Shown one piece after another: positions 24,207-32,366 of a stretch of DNA of 35,207 nucleotides; within the stretch, counting starts at the first letter, position 1; each line of letters opens with the position of its first letter. The DNA is from Akkermansia sp. (GTDB lineage Bacteria > Verrucomicrobiota > Verrucomicrobiia > Limisphaerales > SIBH01), in the NCBI GenBank assembly GCA_043785945.1, contig JAYVWQ010000309.1:1-35207 (forward strand), read 5' to 3'. The position numbers and the translations under genes were made by a program. The notes beneath the pieces were generated by a model. It saw nothing but the letters and a program-made list of their open reading frames with translations. It searched no databases and had not been told where the DNA came from.

Positions 24207-25838
24207 CTATTCCTGCACCGCGCGGTAATACGACTGTCCCGGCGGGGCGCTCAGGTCGTGGAATTCAATGACCCCTGCCGCGCCCGCCGTGGTGGTGGCG
24301 TTGGTCGTCCAGGGACCAGTCACGGTCGGGCCGCGCAGCCAGCGGTAGGTTCGGCCGGCCAGCGCGTTCAGACGCACGAAGTAACCAGTGCCACCGTCGC
24401 GGGCGATGGTGAGGCGGGGCACGATGCCCTGTCCGCCGAAGACATAGGCCGCGCCGGAGTTCAAGGCGCCATTGTTGTTCTGACTGCCATTCACGCCCGT
24501 CGCGCTGCTGTCTTCCAGAAATGCCCCCGCCACCGCCGTGTCGCCCGATATGGACACTGAGATTCCGAATTGATCATCCGCCTCGGGATTGGAAGCACCG
24601 AGCCGGGATTGCGGCACCCAGTCCGCACCACTCCGGGTGAAAACGTAAGCCGCACCCGCGTTGCTCACCTCACCCGAGGCTCCGATCACCAGCGTATTTC
24701 CCGACCCGGAAACGGCGGTGCCGAAAGCCTGGTTGGTCTGCGTGACCGAGGCTTTGAGATAAGCCTGCTGCGTCCAGTCCACGCCGCTGCGGACAAAAAC
24801 ATAAGCCGCGCCCGAGTTCAGGGAACCGTTGCTGAACTCGTCGCCGTTCACGCCCGTGGCTTGGCTGTCTTCGCCGTTGGCCCCGACCACCAGCGTGTCG
24901 CCGGAGACAGCCACCGAGGTGCCAAAGGAATCGCCCGCGCCGGTGTTGGAAGCTTTCAGATACGCCTGCTGCGTCCAGTTCGTCCCGCTGCGCACGAAGA
25001 CGTAGGCTGCGCCGGAAGCCGAGGCCGTGTTGTCTCCCTGGTTGCCATTCACGCCAAGCGCGTTGCTGTCCTCTAACGGACTCCCCACCACCAGCGTGTC
25101 ACTGGACAACGCGAGCGCGCGGCCGAATTGATCCACGGTGCCACGGTTCGAGGCTTTCAAGTAAGCCTGCTGCGTCCAGTTCGTCCCGCTGCGCACGAAA
25201 ATGTAAGCGGCACCTGAGTCCACGATGCTGTTATTGCTGCCGTCGCCATTCGCGCCTGTGGCATTGCTGTCTTCCTGGTAAGCCCCGACCGCCAGTGTAT
25301 CGCCGGACACCGAAACCGCCGCGCCGAACAGGTCGCTCATCCCGGTGTTGGACGGTTTGACATACGCTTGTTGCGTCCAGTTTGTGCCGTTGCGCACGAA
25401 GACATAAACCGCGCCGGAATTGGAGGCGTTGTCGTTGCCGGAATCGCCGTTCACGCCCACGGTGTCACTGTCCTCGCGGGATGCTCCGATCACCACCGTA
25501 TCGCCGAAGATCGCCACCGCGCTGCCGAAGTTGTCATCCATTCCCGCATTCGAGGCTTTGAGATAAGCCTGTTGCACCCAGCCACCGGTGCCGCGCACGA
25601 AAACGTAGGCCGCGCCTGAGTTCGTCGCGCCGCCGTCTTCAAGCGGCGCACCCACCACCATCGTGTCACCGGCCACAGCCACGGACTGGCCGAACTGATC
25701 GCCCGCTGCCGGGTTGGAAGCCTTGAGATAGGCCTGCTGGCTGCCTGCGCGGGCGTCGGTGATGGACGAAAATGCGAGGGATGCGGCCGCGAGCGCAGTC
25801 AAGAAACGGTTCAGATTCATGCCGGAAACACCTTTCAT
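24207..25838 (-). CDS. Secreted seven-blade FG-GAP/integrin-alpha-like beta-propeller protein with a C-terminal beta module
   Basis: There are seven repeats of QQAYLKASN....D.FG.SV.{1,2}SGDT.VVGA..EDS...GVNG......SGAAYVF.RSG..WT. The signal peptide is MNLNRFLTALAAASLAFSSITDARA. An alternative start at 25820 has an AAAGGTG SD-like motif 8 nt upstream. Confidence 0.8.
   Translation of the reverse strand: MKGVSGMNLNRFLTALAAASLAFSSITDARAGSQQAYLKASNPAAGDQFGQSVAVAGDTMVVGAPLEDGGATNSGAAYVFVRGTGGWVQQAYLKASNAGMDDNFGSAVAIFGDTVVIGASREDSDTVGVNGDSGNDNASNSGAVYVFVRNGTNWTQQAYVKPSNTGMSDLFGAAVSVSGDTLAVGAYQEDSNATGANGDGSNNSIVDSGAAYIFVRSGTNWTQQAYLKASNRGTVDQFGRALALSSDTLVVGSPLEDSNALGVNGNQGDNTASASGAAYVFVRSGTNWTQQAYLKASNTGAGDSFGTSVAVSGDTLVVGANGEDSQATGVNGDEFSNGSLNSGAAYVFVRSGVDWTQQAYLKASVTQTNQAFGTAVSGSGNTLVIGASGEVSNAGAAYVFTRSGADWVPQSRLGASNPEADDQFGISVSISGDTAVAGAFLEDSSATGVNGSQNNNGALNSGAAYVFGGQGIVPRLTIARDGGTGYFVRLNALAGRTYRWLRGPTVTGPWTTNATTTAGAAGVIEFHDLSAPPGQSYYRAVQE
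24443..25742 (-). repeat. Intragenic tandem coding repeats (7 blades of about 55-67 aa each)
   Basis: Protein-level periodicity is clear. At DNA level, an identical 35-nt stretch, GCCTGCTGCGTCCAGTTCGTCCCGCTGCGCACGAA, occurs at 24964-24998 and 25165-25199, a 201-nt period. Confidence 0.8.
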
Positions 25839-25951
25839 TTACAGCGAAGAAGCCAGTGGGCCGGGAGCGTGGCGCGAGGTTTCTTCTATGGAATGCTGGA
25901 TGATTGCCAGTTTGGCCCGGCCTTTTCAACCGGATTATCGGCCCGTCACGG

Positions 25952-27382
25952 TCACGCGAGCACGCCCTTCACGACCTTCCCGTACACTTCCGTGAGCCGG
26001 AAGTCGCGGCCGTTGTAGCGGTAGGTGAGTTTCTCGTGATCGAAGCCGAGCAGCGCCAGCAGCGTGGCGTGGATGTCATGGACGTGGACCTTGTCCGAGA
26101 CGGCGGCGCTCCCGAATTCATCCGTCGCGCCATAGACCATGCCGCCCTTCACGCCCCCGCCCGCCAGCACCGTGGTGAAAGCGCGGTTGTTGTGGTCGCG
26201 CCCGGGGTTGTCGTTGCCGTTGCGATCCTTGGTCGGCTTGCGGCCGAATTCCCCGCCCCACATGACGAGCGTGCTCTCGAAGAGGCCGCGCTGTTTCAGA
26301 TCCGCAAGAAACGCCGCGAACGGCTGGTCAATTTCCTTCGCCTTGGCCGACAGACGATCCTCGATGTCCTGATGATGGTCCCAGCCGCCCGCCCAGACCT
26401 GCACGAAACGCACCCCGCGTTCGATGAGGCGGCGTGTGATGAGCAGTTGATTTCCCTGGGGGGTGTTGCCGTAGGCCGCGCGCGTGGCGGCGGATTCCTT
26501 GGTGATGTCGAAGGCGTCCGTGGCCTCGGTCTGCATCTTGAAAGCCATCTCGTAGGATTGCAGTCGCGCTTCAAGTTGCGCTTCCTTCTGCAAATTCTGG
26601 CTGTGAATTTCGTTGAGCTTGTGGACGAGATCGAGCTGGCGGCGCTGTTCGCCCATGACGGTGTATTGATTGCGGATGTTCTGGATCAGCGCATCGACGG
26701 TCGTGACTTCCGTGTTGATGCTCACGCCCTGAAAGACGCCAGGCAAAAACGATGACCCCCAGTTGGAACTGCCGCCGAGAGGAGCACCGCCGGGGCGCAG
26801 GGAAACGAAACCGGGCATGTTCTGGTTCTCGCTGCCCAGACCGTAGAGCACCCACGAGCCAAGGCTGGGCCGCGCCTGACGCAGCGAGCCGGTGTTCATG
26901 AAAATTGTCGCCACCTCGTGCGCCGGAATGTCCGTGTGACAGGAGCGAATGATGGCGAGGTCATCCACCATCTCGGCGAGCTTGGGAAACACTTCGCTCA
27001 CCTCGATGCCGGACTTGCCGTGCTTGCTGAACTTGAACGGCGAGGCCATCGCCACGCCGCCCCCGGAGCCGGGAATCTCCTTGCCATCCATCTGGGTGAG
27101 CATGGGCTTGGGGTCCCAAGTATCGACATGCGAAGGCGCGCCCTGGGCAAAAATGTGAACGACGTGTTTGGCCTTGGCGGGGAAGTGCGGCGCATGGGGC
27201 GAGAGCAAATCGCTCGTCTCTGCGGCGAAAGCATTGCCGTTCACAAGGCTGTCGCCCATCAATCCGGCCAGGCTCAAAGCACCGAAGCCCATGCCGGCGC
27301 GCTGGAGAAATTGTCGGCGAGTGAGGAAGAAAGCCTCCGCCTTGGCCGAGTGTTCGGCGAGGTATTTGTTTGTCGCGCTCAT
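25952..27382 (-). CDS. DUF1501 domain protein (sulfatase-like fold) with a Tat signal
   Basis: The product has TRRQFLQRAGMGFGALSLAG twin-arginine signal. It also has VMWGGEFGRKP and GRDHN...GGGVKGG, motifs typical of PVC DUF1501 proteins. Confidence 0.85.
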   Translation of the reverse strand: MSATNKYLAEHSAKAEAFFLTRRQFLQRAGMGFGALSLAGLMGDSLVNGNAFAAETSDLLSPHAPHFPAKAKHVVHIFAQGAPSHVDTWDPKPMLTQMDGKEIPGSGGGVAMASPFKFSKHGKSGIEVSEVFPKLAEMVDDLAIIRSCHTDIPAHEVATIFMNTGSLRQARPSLGSWVLYGLGSENQNMPGFVSLRPGGAPLGGSSNWGSSFLPGVFQGVSINTEVTTVDALIQNIRNQYTVMGEQRRQLDLVHKLNEIHSQNLQKEAQLEARLQSYEMAFKMQTEATDAFDITKESAATRAAYGNTPQGNQLLITRRLIERGVRFVQVWAGGWDHHQDIEDRLSAKAKEIDQPFAAFLADLKQRGLFESTLVMWGGEFGRKPTKDRNGNDNPGRDHNNRAFTTVLAGGGVKGGMVYGATDEFGSAAVSDKVHVHDIHATLLALLGFDHEKLTYRYNGRDFRLTEVYGKVVKGVLA

Positions 27383-27465
27383 GGTGTCTTCAACGTAATC
27401 ATCAGGACGTACCCGGCCGGCTCTTGGTTTCGCGAATCATCGTCGCCGCCCGGGAACTGCGAACC

Positions 27466-28095
27466 ATGAGCCAGAACAAATTTCTGAAATGCGCCTGCGA
27501 CCATTGTGACGGGCACATCGGATTCCCCGCCGACGGCATCGGCTCGTTCATCACCTGCCCGCACTGCGGCGCGGACACGGAACTTGTGCTCGAAGTGCCT
27601 CCTGTTCTAACGACGCGCTCTTCACGCGGCTTGAAATGGTTCGTCATCGGCGCGCTCATTCTGCTCGTCGGCGCGGTGGCGGCGGTGTCGATTTTGATCG
27701 CGGCGCAGCGGGCGATGAACGAGCGGCGGATCGCGCGGACTGGCACCCGCGTCGAATCCGTCAACAATGTCGTTCGCGTCCCGGCCAAGTCGGAGCAGGC
27801 TCGCCCGGTGAAGGTGACTCTGACCAACGGCTTCTCCACCGCCGCCGTGAGCATCGACAAGCCAGCGGGTGGCGCGCTCATCTACGCCACTGGCTCGCTG
27901 AAGAATGAAACCGACCGGCAACGATTTGGTGTGACTGTGGAAATTGATCTGCTCGACCCGAGGGGGACGAAAGTCGGCGCGACCAAGGACTACACCACCG
28001 TCATCGAGCCGCGTGCGGAGTGGAAATTCCGCGCCCTCGTCGCGCCGAAAAACGTGGCCTCTGCGCGCGTGGCTGAGGTGAAGGAGCAGCAGTAG
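27466..28095 (+). CDS. Zinc-ribbon / single-TM / C-terminal beta-domain membrane protein (hypothetical)
   Basis: The start is taken at ATG 27466. CxxC...CPHC (CDHCDGH...CPHCG) is followed by a TM helix (WFVIGALILLVGAVAAVSILIAA). The C-terminal ~100 aa domain resembles the beta-sandwich ends of DUF3426/FxLYD-type proteins, a weak match. Confidence 0.6.
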   Translation: MSQNKFLKCACDHCDGHIGFPADGIGSFITCPHCGADTELVLEVPPVLTTRSSRGLKWFVIGALILLVGAVAAVSILIAAQRAMNERRIARTGTRVESVNNVVRVPAKSEQARPVKVTLTNGFSTAAVSIDKPAGGALIYATGSLKNETDRQRFGVTVEIDLLDPRGTKVGATKDYTTVIEPRAEWKFRALVAPKNVASARVAEVKEQQ

Positions 28096-28117
28096 GACGG
28101 GCGCATTTTTCGGGCTT

Positions 28118-28160
28118 CCCTCTCCCCTCAACGGGGAGAGGGATTGAGGGTGAGGGGTAG
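28118..28160. repeat. REP-like palindrome of the 'SPLRGEG / GERVRVRG' type
   Basis: CCCTCTCCCC-TCAAC-GGGGAGAGGG (28118-28142) is followed by ATTGAGGGTGAGGGG. A degenerate second copy with the complementary loop (CCCCGTTGAGGGGAGAGAGAG) lies at 28221-28241. Confidence 0.5.
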
Positions 28161-28321
28161 TTTGTCTGGCGGCGTCACTTTGGAAAGAGGAGTGCCTTGG
28201 CATAATCACCCCGACCATCCCCCCGTTGAGGGGAGAGAGAGTAGGGCCTGCGCTTGTCATCACACCATCACCACTCGCGCGGGTTGTCTCCGCGCCCGGC
28301 TTCCCCTAGGCTCGGCCCTGC

Positions 28322-29626
28322 TTGAACATTGTGCAGATCACACCAGGGGCCGGCGGCATGTATTGCGGCGGCTGCTTTCGCGACAACGCTCTCGTGACGG
28401 CGTTGCGCGCTCTTGGTCACGACACGCTCATGCTGCCGCTCTACCTGCCGCTCACGCTCGACGAGGCGGACCAGAGCGCGGGCACGCCCATTTTTTTCAG
28501 CGGGGTCAACGTGTATCTGGAACAGAAGCTCCTGTGGTTCCGGCGCGCACCGCAGTGGCTCCACCGAGCGCTGGCTTCGCCGAAACTGCTCGGCCTGCTC
28601 GGCGGACTGGCAGGACGCACCCGCGCCGAGGATGTGGGCGAACTCACCGTCTCCATGCTGCGCGGCGAGGAGGGCAACCAGGCCCGCGAAGTAGCCGAAC
28701 TGGTCGCATGGCTCAAAGCCCATCATCGCTGCGACGTCATTTCGCTTTCCAACGTCCTTCTGGTTGGCATGGCGCGGCGGCTGAAAGCGGAATTGCGTGT
28801 GCCTTTGGTCTGCATGTTGCAGGGCGAAGACACGTTTCTCGACGCCTTGCCGCCGACCGAGCGCGCGCAAGCGTGGCAAGTGGTGGCAGAGCGCGCGCGC
28901 GACATCGATCTGTTCATCGCGCCCAGCCGTTACTTTGGGGATTTGATGGCGCGGCGGATGAACGTACCGCCGGGGAAAATTCGCGTCGTCCACAACGGCA
29001 TCAATGTCGAAGGTTATTCCGCGTCGCTCACGCCGCGCGCCACGGGGCAGGCTCCCGTGCTCGGCTACTTCGCGCGCATGTGCGAGATCAAGGGGCTGGC
29101 CCTGGCTGTGGATGTGTTCATCGAATTGAAGCAGCGTGGGCGAGTGCCGATGCTCCAACTCCACGTCGGCGGCGGCTGCGGGCCGGGGGATGAATCATTT
29201 GTCGCGCAGCAAAAACTGAAGCTGGAACGCGCCGGGTTTCTCGCCGACGTGAAGTTCTTTCCCAACGTCACGCGCGAGGAAAAGATTTCCTTCCTGCAAT
29301 CGCTCGATGTGTTCTGCACCCCCGCGCTCTACGGTGAAGCCTTCGGGCTGTACGTCCTTGAAGCCCTCGCCGCCGGCGTGCCTGTCGTGCAGCCGAGACA
29401 CGCGGCCTTCCCTGAATTGATCGAGGCCACGGGCGGCGGCGTCATTGCAGAGCCGAATGCACGCGCGCTGGCGGATGCCGCCGAGGCATTGCTCCTGAAC
29501 CCGGAACGTGCCCGCGCTCTCGGAGAAGCCGGACGCCAGGCCGTGCGGGAGCAATTCAACATGGACCGAATGGCGCGCGAAGTTTTGGCCGTGTTCCAGT
29601 CGGCGAATCAAATCGCCAATGCATAA
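28322..29626 (+). CDS. Glycosyltransferase family 4 (GT-B, Glycos_transf_1 C-domain)
   Basis: The C-terminal GEAFGLYVLEALAAGVPVV (E-x7-E) motif is present. The N-terminus is ITPGAGGMYCGGCFRDNAL. The start is TTG 28322 (or GTG 28331), and an in-frame TAG lies at 28307. Confidence 0.85.
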   Translation: MNIVQITPGAGGMYCGGCFRDNALVTALRALGHDTLMLPLYLPLTLDEADQSAGTPIFFSGVNVYLEQKLLWFRRAPQWLHRALASPKLLGLLGGLAGRTRAEDVGELTVSMLRGEEGNQAREVAELVAWLKAHHRCDVISLSNVLLVGMARRLKAELRVPLVCMLQGEDTFLDALPPTERAQAWQVVAERARDIDLFIAPSRYFGDLMARRMNVPPGKIRVVHNGINVEGYSASLTPRATGQAPVLGYFARMCEIKGLALAVDVFIELKQRGRVPMLQLHVGGGCGPGDESFVAQQKLKLERAGFLADVKFFPNVTREEKISFLQSLDVFCTPALYGEAFGLYVLEALAAGVPVVQPRHAAFPELIEATGGGVIAEPNARALADAAEALLLNPERARALGEAGRQAVREQFNMDRMAREVLAVFQSANQIANA

Positions 29627-29646
29627 TCCCAAATCTAAAATCCCCC

Positions 29647-30084
29647 ATGCCCTTTGAATTCAAAGTTGAACGCCGCGTGGAGTTTTCCGAGACGGACATG
29701 GCCGGCATCATGCACTACTCGAACTTCTTCCGCTTTATGGAGACGGCCGAGCACGCTTTTTACCGCGCCCTTGGTCATTCCGTGGTGATGACCAAAGTCG
29801 ATCCGCCGCTGGGCTGGCCGCGGGTTCATGCCGAATGCGATTACTTCAAGCCGCTGCGCTTTGAGGACCTCGTGGAAGTCCACATGCTGGTGAAGGAAAA
29901 GAAGCCCAAGGCGCTCACCTACGTCTTCCGCTTCTACAAGCTCGACGGCCCGCGCGTGGAAGTCGCCCGCGGCTCGCTCACCGTCGTCTGCGTGGCCCAC
30001 GTGGCCGGCGTGATGCGTTCGGTGGAGATGCCGAAGTCTCTGGCGGATCAAATAGAAGTGGCTCCGGCGGAGTTGCTTTCCTAA
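29647..30084 (+). CDS. Acyl-CoA thioesterase, 4HBT/YbgC-like hotdog fold
   Basis: The 145-aa product has V.FSETDMAGIMHYSNFFRFME.AEH.F, typical of YbgC/4HBT thioesterases. Confidence 0.85.
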   Translation: MPFEFKVERRVEFSETDMAGIMHYSNFFRFMETAEHAFYRALGHSVVMTKVDPPLGWPRVHAECDYFKPLRFEDLVEVHMLVKEKKPKALTYVFRFYKLDGPRVEVARGSLTVVCVAHVAGVMRSVEMPKSLADQIEVAPAELLS

Positions 30085-30151
30085 AACAAACCAATGACGG
30101 ATGCGCCAGCCGTTCGGCCCTCCGTGTTCAATCTGTGTTTCATCCCTGGCC

Positions 30152-30188
30152 AAATAAAAAGGCGACAGTCCTTCGACCGTCGCCTTGA
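30152..30188 (-). terminator. Rho-independent terminator of ilvB
   Basis: On the minus strand the sequence reads AAGGCGACGGTCGAAGGACTGTCGCCTTTTTATTTG. The stem is 8+3 bp with one mismatch and a GAAG tetraloop (CTTC on the plus strand), followed by a U-run, 22 nt after the ilvB stop. Confidence 0.65.
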
Positions 30189-30210
30189 AATCTTCCTTCG
30201 CCTTAGTGGC

Positions 30211-32073
30211 TCAGTAAATCATGTCCGCCACCGTGCCGCCTGCCCGGATGAACGGCAGAACGTGTTCGGTGTAGGGCGTGATGATGTCCAGCAGGTAAGG
30301 CTGATCCGAATCAAGCATCCGCTGGATGGCCGCGCGCAAGTCCTTCTTAAACATCACGCGCTCGCACGGGACGTTGAAGCCTTTGCACATCGCGATGTAG
30401 TCGGGATAAATCTGGTGCCGGTTTTCCGGGTCCCCGAGGAAAGTGTGACCGCGGTTGCCCTTGTAGAAGTTGTCCTCCCATTGCATCACCATGCCGAGAT
30501 GCTGGTTGTTCAAGATGATGACCTTGGCCGCAATCTTCTCGATGTGCGCGGTCGCGAGTTCCTGCACGTTCATGAGGAACGAGCCGTCGCCGTCGATGTC
30601 GATGACCTGCTTGTCCGGGCACGCCACCTTGGCCCCGAGCGCGGCGGGATAGCCATAACCCATCGCGCCCAGGCCGGCGCTGGTCAGGAACTGGCGCGGG
30701 AACTTGTATTTGTAATACTGTCCCGCCCACATCTGATGCTGGCCCACGCCGGTGGTGATGATGGCCTCGCCCTTGGTCTGCTCGTAGAGCATCTCAATCG
30801 CCATCTGCGGGAGAATGACTTCGCCCTCTTTGCCCGCGAGATGATCCTTCATGTGCTGCGACTTCATGACCTCGGCGGTGACTTCGTAGTGCATCGGCGC
30901 GCGGGATTTCCATTCGGCGATGGTCGAATGCCAGGCCGTGAATTTCTTCACGATGGGGCGCTTGGCGATCATCTGGTTCAAACGCTGGAGCGCGAACTTG
31001 ATGTCGCTCTCGATGGGGAGATGGACCTTGCGGTTCTTGTTGTGCTCGGACTGATCAATGTCCACATGGACGATGGTGCCGGTCTTGCAAAACTCCTCGA
31101 CCTTGCCCGTCACGCGGTCATCGAAGCGCACGCCGAACGCGAGGAGCAGGTCCGCGCCGTCCTTCACCTTCACCTGCGGCTGGTCGAGGCCGGTGCGGTG
31201 TTTGAACTCGCCGCTCACGGCCCAGTTCGCGTAGGCCGCGCCGTGCATGCCGAGCCAGCGCAAGGAGAGCGGATGCGTCTCGGGAAACGCGCCCACGCCC
31301 ATGATGGTCGTGGTCACAGGAATGCCCGTGGCTTCCGCAAACTTGCGCAGTTCAGCCGCCGCTTCGCCTGTAATGATGCCGCCGCCGCAGTAGAGCACCG
31401 GGCGCTCGGCCTTCTCGATCAAGCCGATGATTTCGTTGAGCGCCACATCATCGGCGCGCTTGTCGGGGTGGTAGCCACGGAAGCTCACGGTCTTGGGCCA
31501 CACCGGCTGGGCCTTCTGCTGCTGCAAATTTTTCGGAAAATCAATGACCACCGGGCCAGGCCGTCCGCTCGTCGCGATGTAGAAAGCCTCTTTGACGATG
31601 CGCGGGATGTCGTTGATGTCCGTGATGAGGTAGCTGTGCTTCACGATCGGCAGGGTCATGCCGAAGAAGTCGGTTTCCTGAAATGCGCCCTTGCCGATCA
31701 TCGCCTGCGGCACCTGGCCGGTGATGGAGACAAGCGGGATGGAATCCATGTAGGCATCGGCGATGGCGCTGATGAGGTTGGTCGCGCCGGGACCGCTGGT
31801 GGCCATGCAGACGCCGGCCTTGCCGCTGGCGCGGGCGTAGCCCTCGGCGGCGAAGGAGCCACCCTGCTCGTGGCGCGGGAGGATGGTGCGGATTTTCGAG
31901 CGCGTCAGCGCCTGGTGCAGCTCCATGCTCGCGCCGCCGGGATAGGCGAAGATGACGTCCACCCCTTCGCGTTCCAGCGCTTCGACGAGAATTTCACTGC
32001 CGAGCATGGCGCGGCCCACTTCGGCGCGCACCGGTTTCGTTTTCTTTTCCGCCATTTGCGTCTGTTTGCTCAT
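30211..32073 (-). CDS. ilvB: Acetolactate synthase (acetohydroxyacid synthase) large catalytic subunit
   Basis: The 620-aa product has [20 protein letters not shown], the ThDP motif [16 protein letters not shown] and the biosynthetic-type C-terminus. Confidence 0.95.
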   Translation of the reverse strand: MSKQTQMAEKKTKPVRAEVGRAMLGSEILVEALEREGVDVIFAYPGGASMELHQALTRSKIRTILPRHEQGGSFAAEGYARASGKAGVCMATSGPGATNLISAIADAYMDSIPLVSITGQVPQAMIGKGAFQETDFFGMTLPIVKHSYLITDINDIPRIVKEAFYIATSGRPGPVVIDFPKNLQQQKAQPVWPKTVSFRGYHPDKRADDVALNEIIGLIEKAERPVLYCGGGIITGEAAAELRKFAEATGIPVTTTIMGVGAFPETHPLSLRWLGMHGAAYANWAVSGEFKHRTGLDQPQVKVKDGADLLLAFGVRFDDRVTGKVEEFCKTGTIVHVDIDQSEHNKNRKVHLPIESDIKFALQRLNQMIAKRPIVKKFTAWHSTIAEWKSRAPMHYEVTAEVMKSQHMKDHLAGKEGEVILPQMAIEMLYEQTKGEAIITTGVGQHQMWAGQYYKYKFPRQFLTSAGLGAMGYGYPAALGAKVACPDKQVIDIDGDGSFLMNVQELATAHIEKIAAKVIILNNQHLGMVMQWEDNFYKGNRGHTFLGDPENRHQIYPDYIAMCKGFNVPCERVMFKKDLRAAIQRMLDSDQPYLLDIITPYTEHVLPFIRAGGTVADMIY

Positions 32074-32109
32074 AACTGTTTTGGTTGTCGGTGACCCGGT
32101 CAGGATATG

Positions 32110-32143
32110 AAAAACCCACGACCGTTGCCAGCCGTGGGTTTTT
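32110..32143 (-). terminator. Attenuator terminator in the ilvB leader
   Basis: On the minus strand the sequence reads AAAAACCCACGGCTG-GCAA-CGGTCGTGGGTTTTT. The stem is 10 bp including 2 G.U pairs, with a GNRA loop and a U5 tract that ends 36 nt before the ilvB ATG. Confidence 0.65.
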
Positions 32144-32157
32144 GTCGAAATCGTTTT

Positions 32158-32232
32158 CTACGTTCGACAAGACGCCACGGCGTCGTCAACTACGACGACC
32201 ACCAGCGAAATAACTTGTCGATTCAGTGCCAT
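32158..32232 (-). CDS. ilvB leader peptide (24 aa, MALNRQVISLVVVVVDDAVASCRT)
   Basis: The ATG is at 32232-32230 and the TAG at 32160-32158. Ten of the 24 residues are Val/Ile/Leu, including five consecutive Val codons. It lies immediately upstream of the attenuator hairpin. Confidence 0.6.
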   Translation of the reverse strand: MALNRQVISLVVVVVDDAVASCRT

Positions 32233-32242
32233 TTGTGGGCGG

Positions 32243-32271
32243 AAATTAGGGAGGTGAGGTGGAAGGGTCAA
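32243..32271 (-). promoter_or_regulatory. Candidate promoter for the ilvB leader transcript
   Basis: On the minus strand, TTGACC (32271-32266), a 17-nt spacer and TAATTT (32248-32243) are present. Only 10 nt separate the -10 element from the leader ATG, which implies a (near-)leaderless leader ORF. Confidence 0.3.
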
Positions 32272-32366
32272 GCGTGGATTGCTGGCGCTGACTTGAAAAC
32301 AAAGGTACGTAAAAAATCTCCGGTGCGTCCGTTGACGACCCAAGGATGGGTGATAGATTCGTCTCC

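Noticed and set aside
24443-25742. A periodic repeat array that could be mistaken for a CRISPR array or satellite.
   Set aside because: The period is about 165-201 nt, the array lies entirely in one open reading frame, and the repeats correspond to FG-GAP propeller blades. There is no short repeat/spacer organisation and no cas genes.
28144-29193. An Arg-rich 349-aa plus-strand ORF and a 298-aa minus-strand ORF (28268..29164) overlapping the GT4 gene and the REP-like spacer.
   Set aside because: They are out-of-frame or antisense readings of the GT4 gene and of the palindromic repeat. The GT4 frame carries the E-x7-E motif.
30094-32094. A 666-aa ORF antisense to ilvB.
   Set aside because: It is an antisense artefact, because ilvB on the minus strand is unambiguous (ThDP motif).
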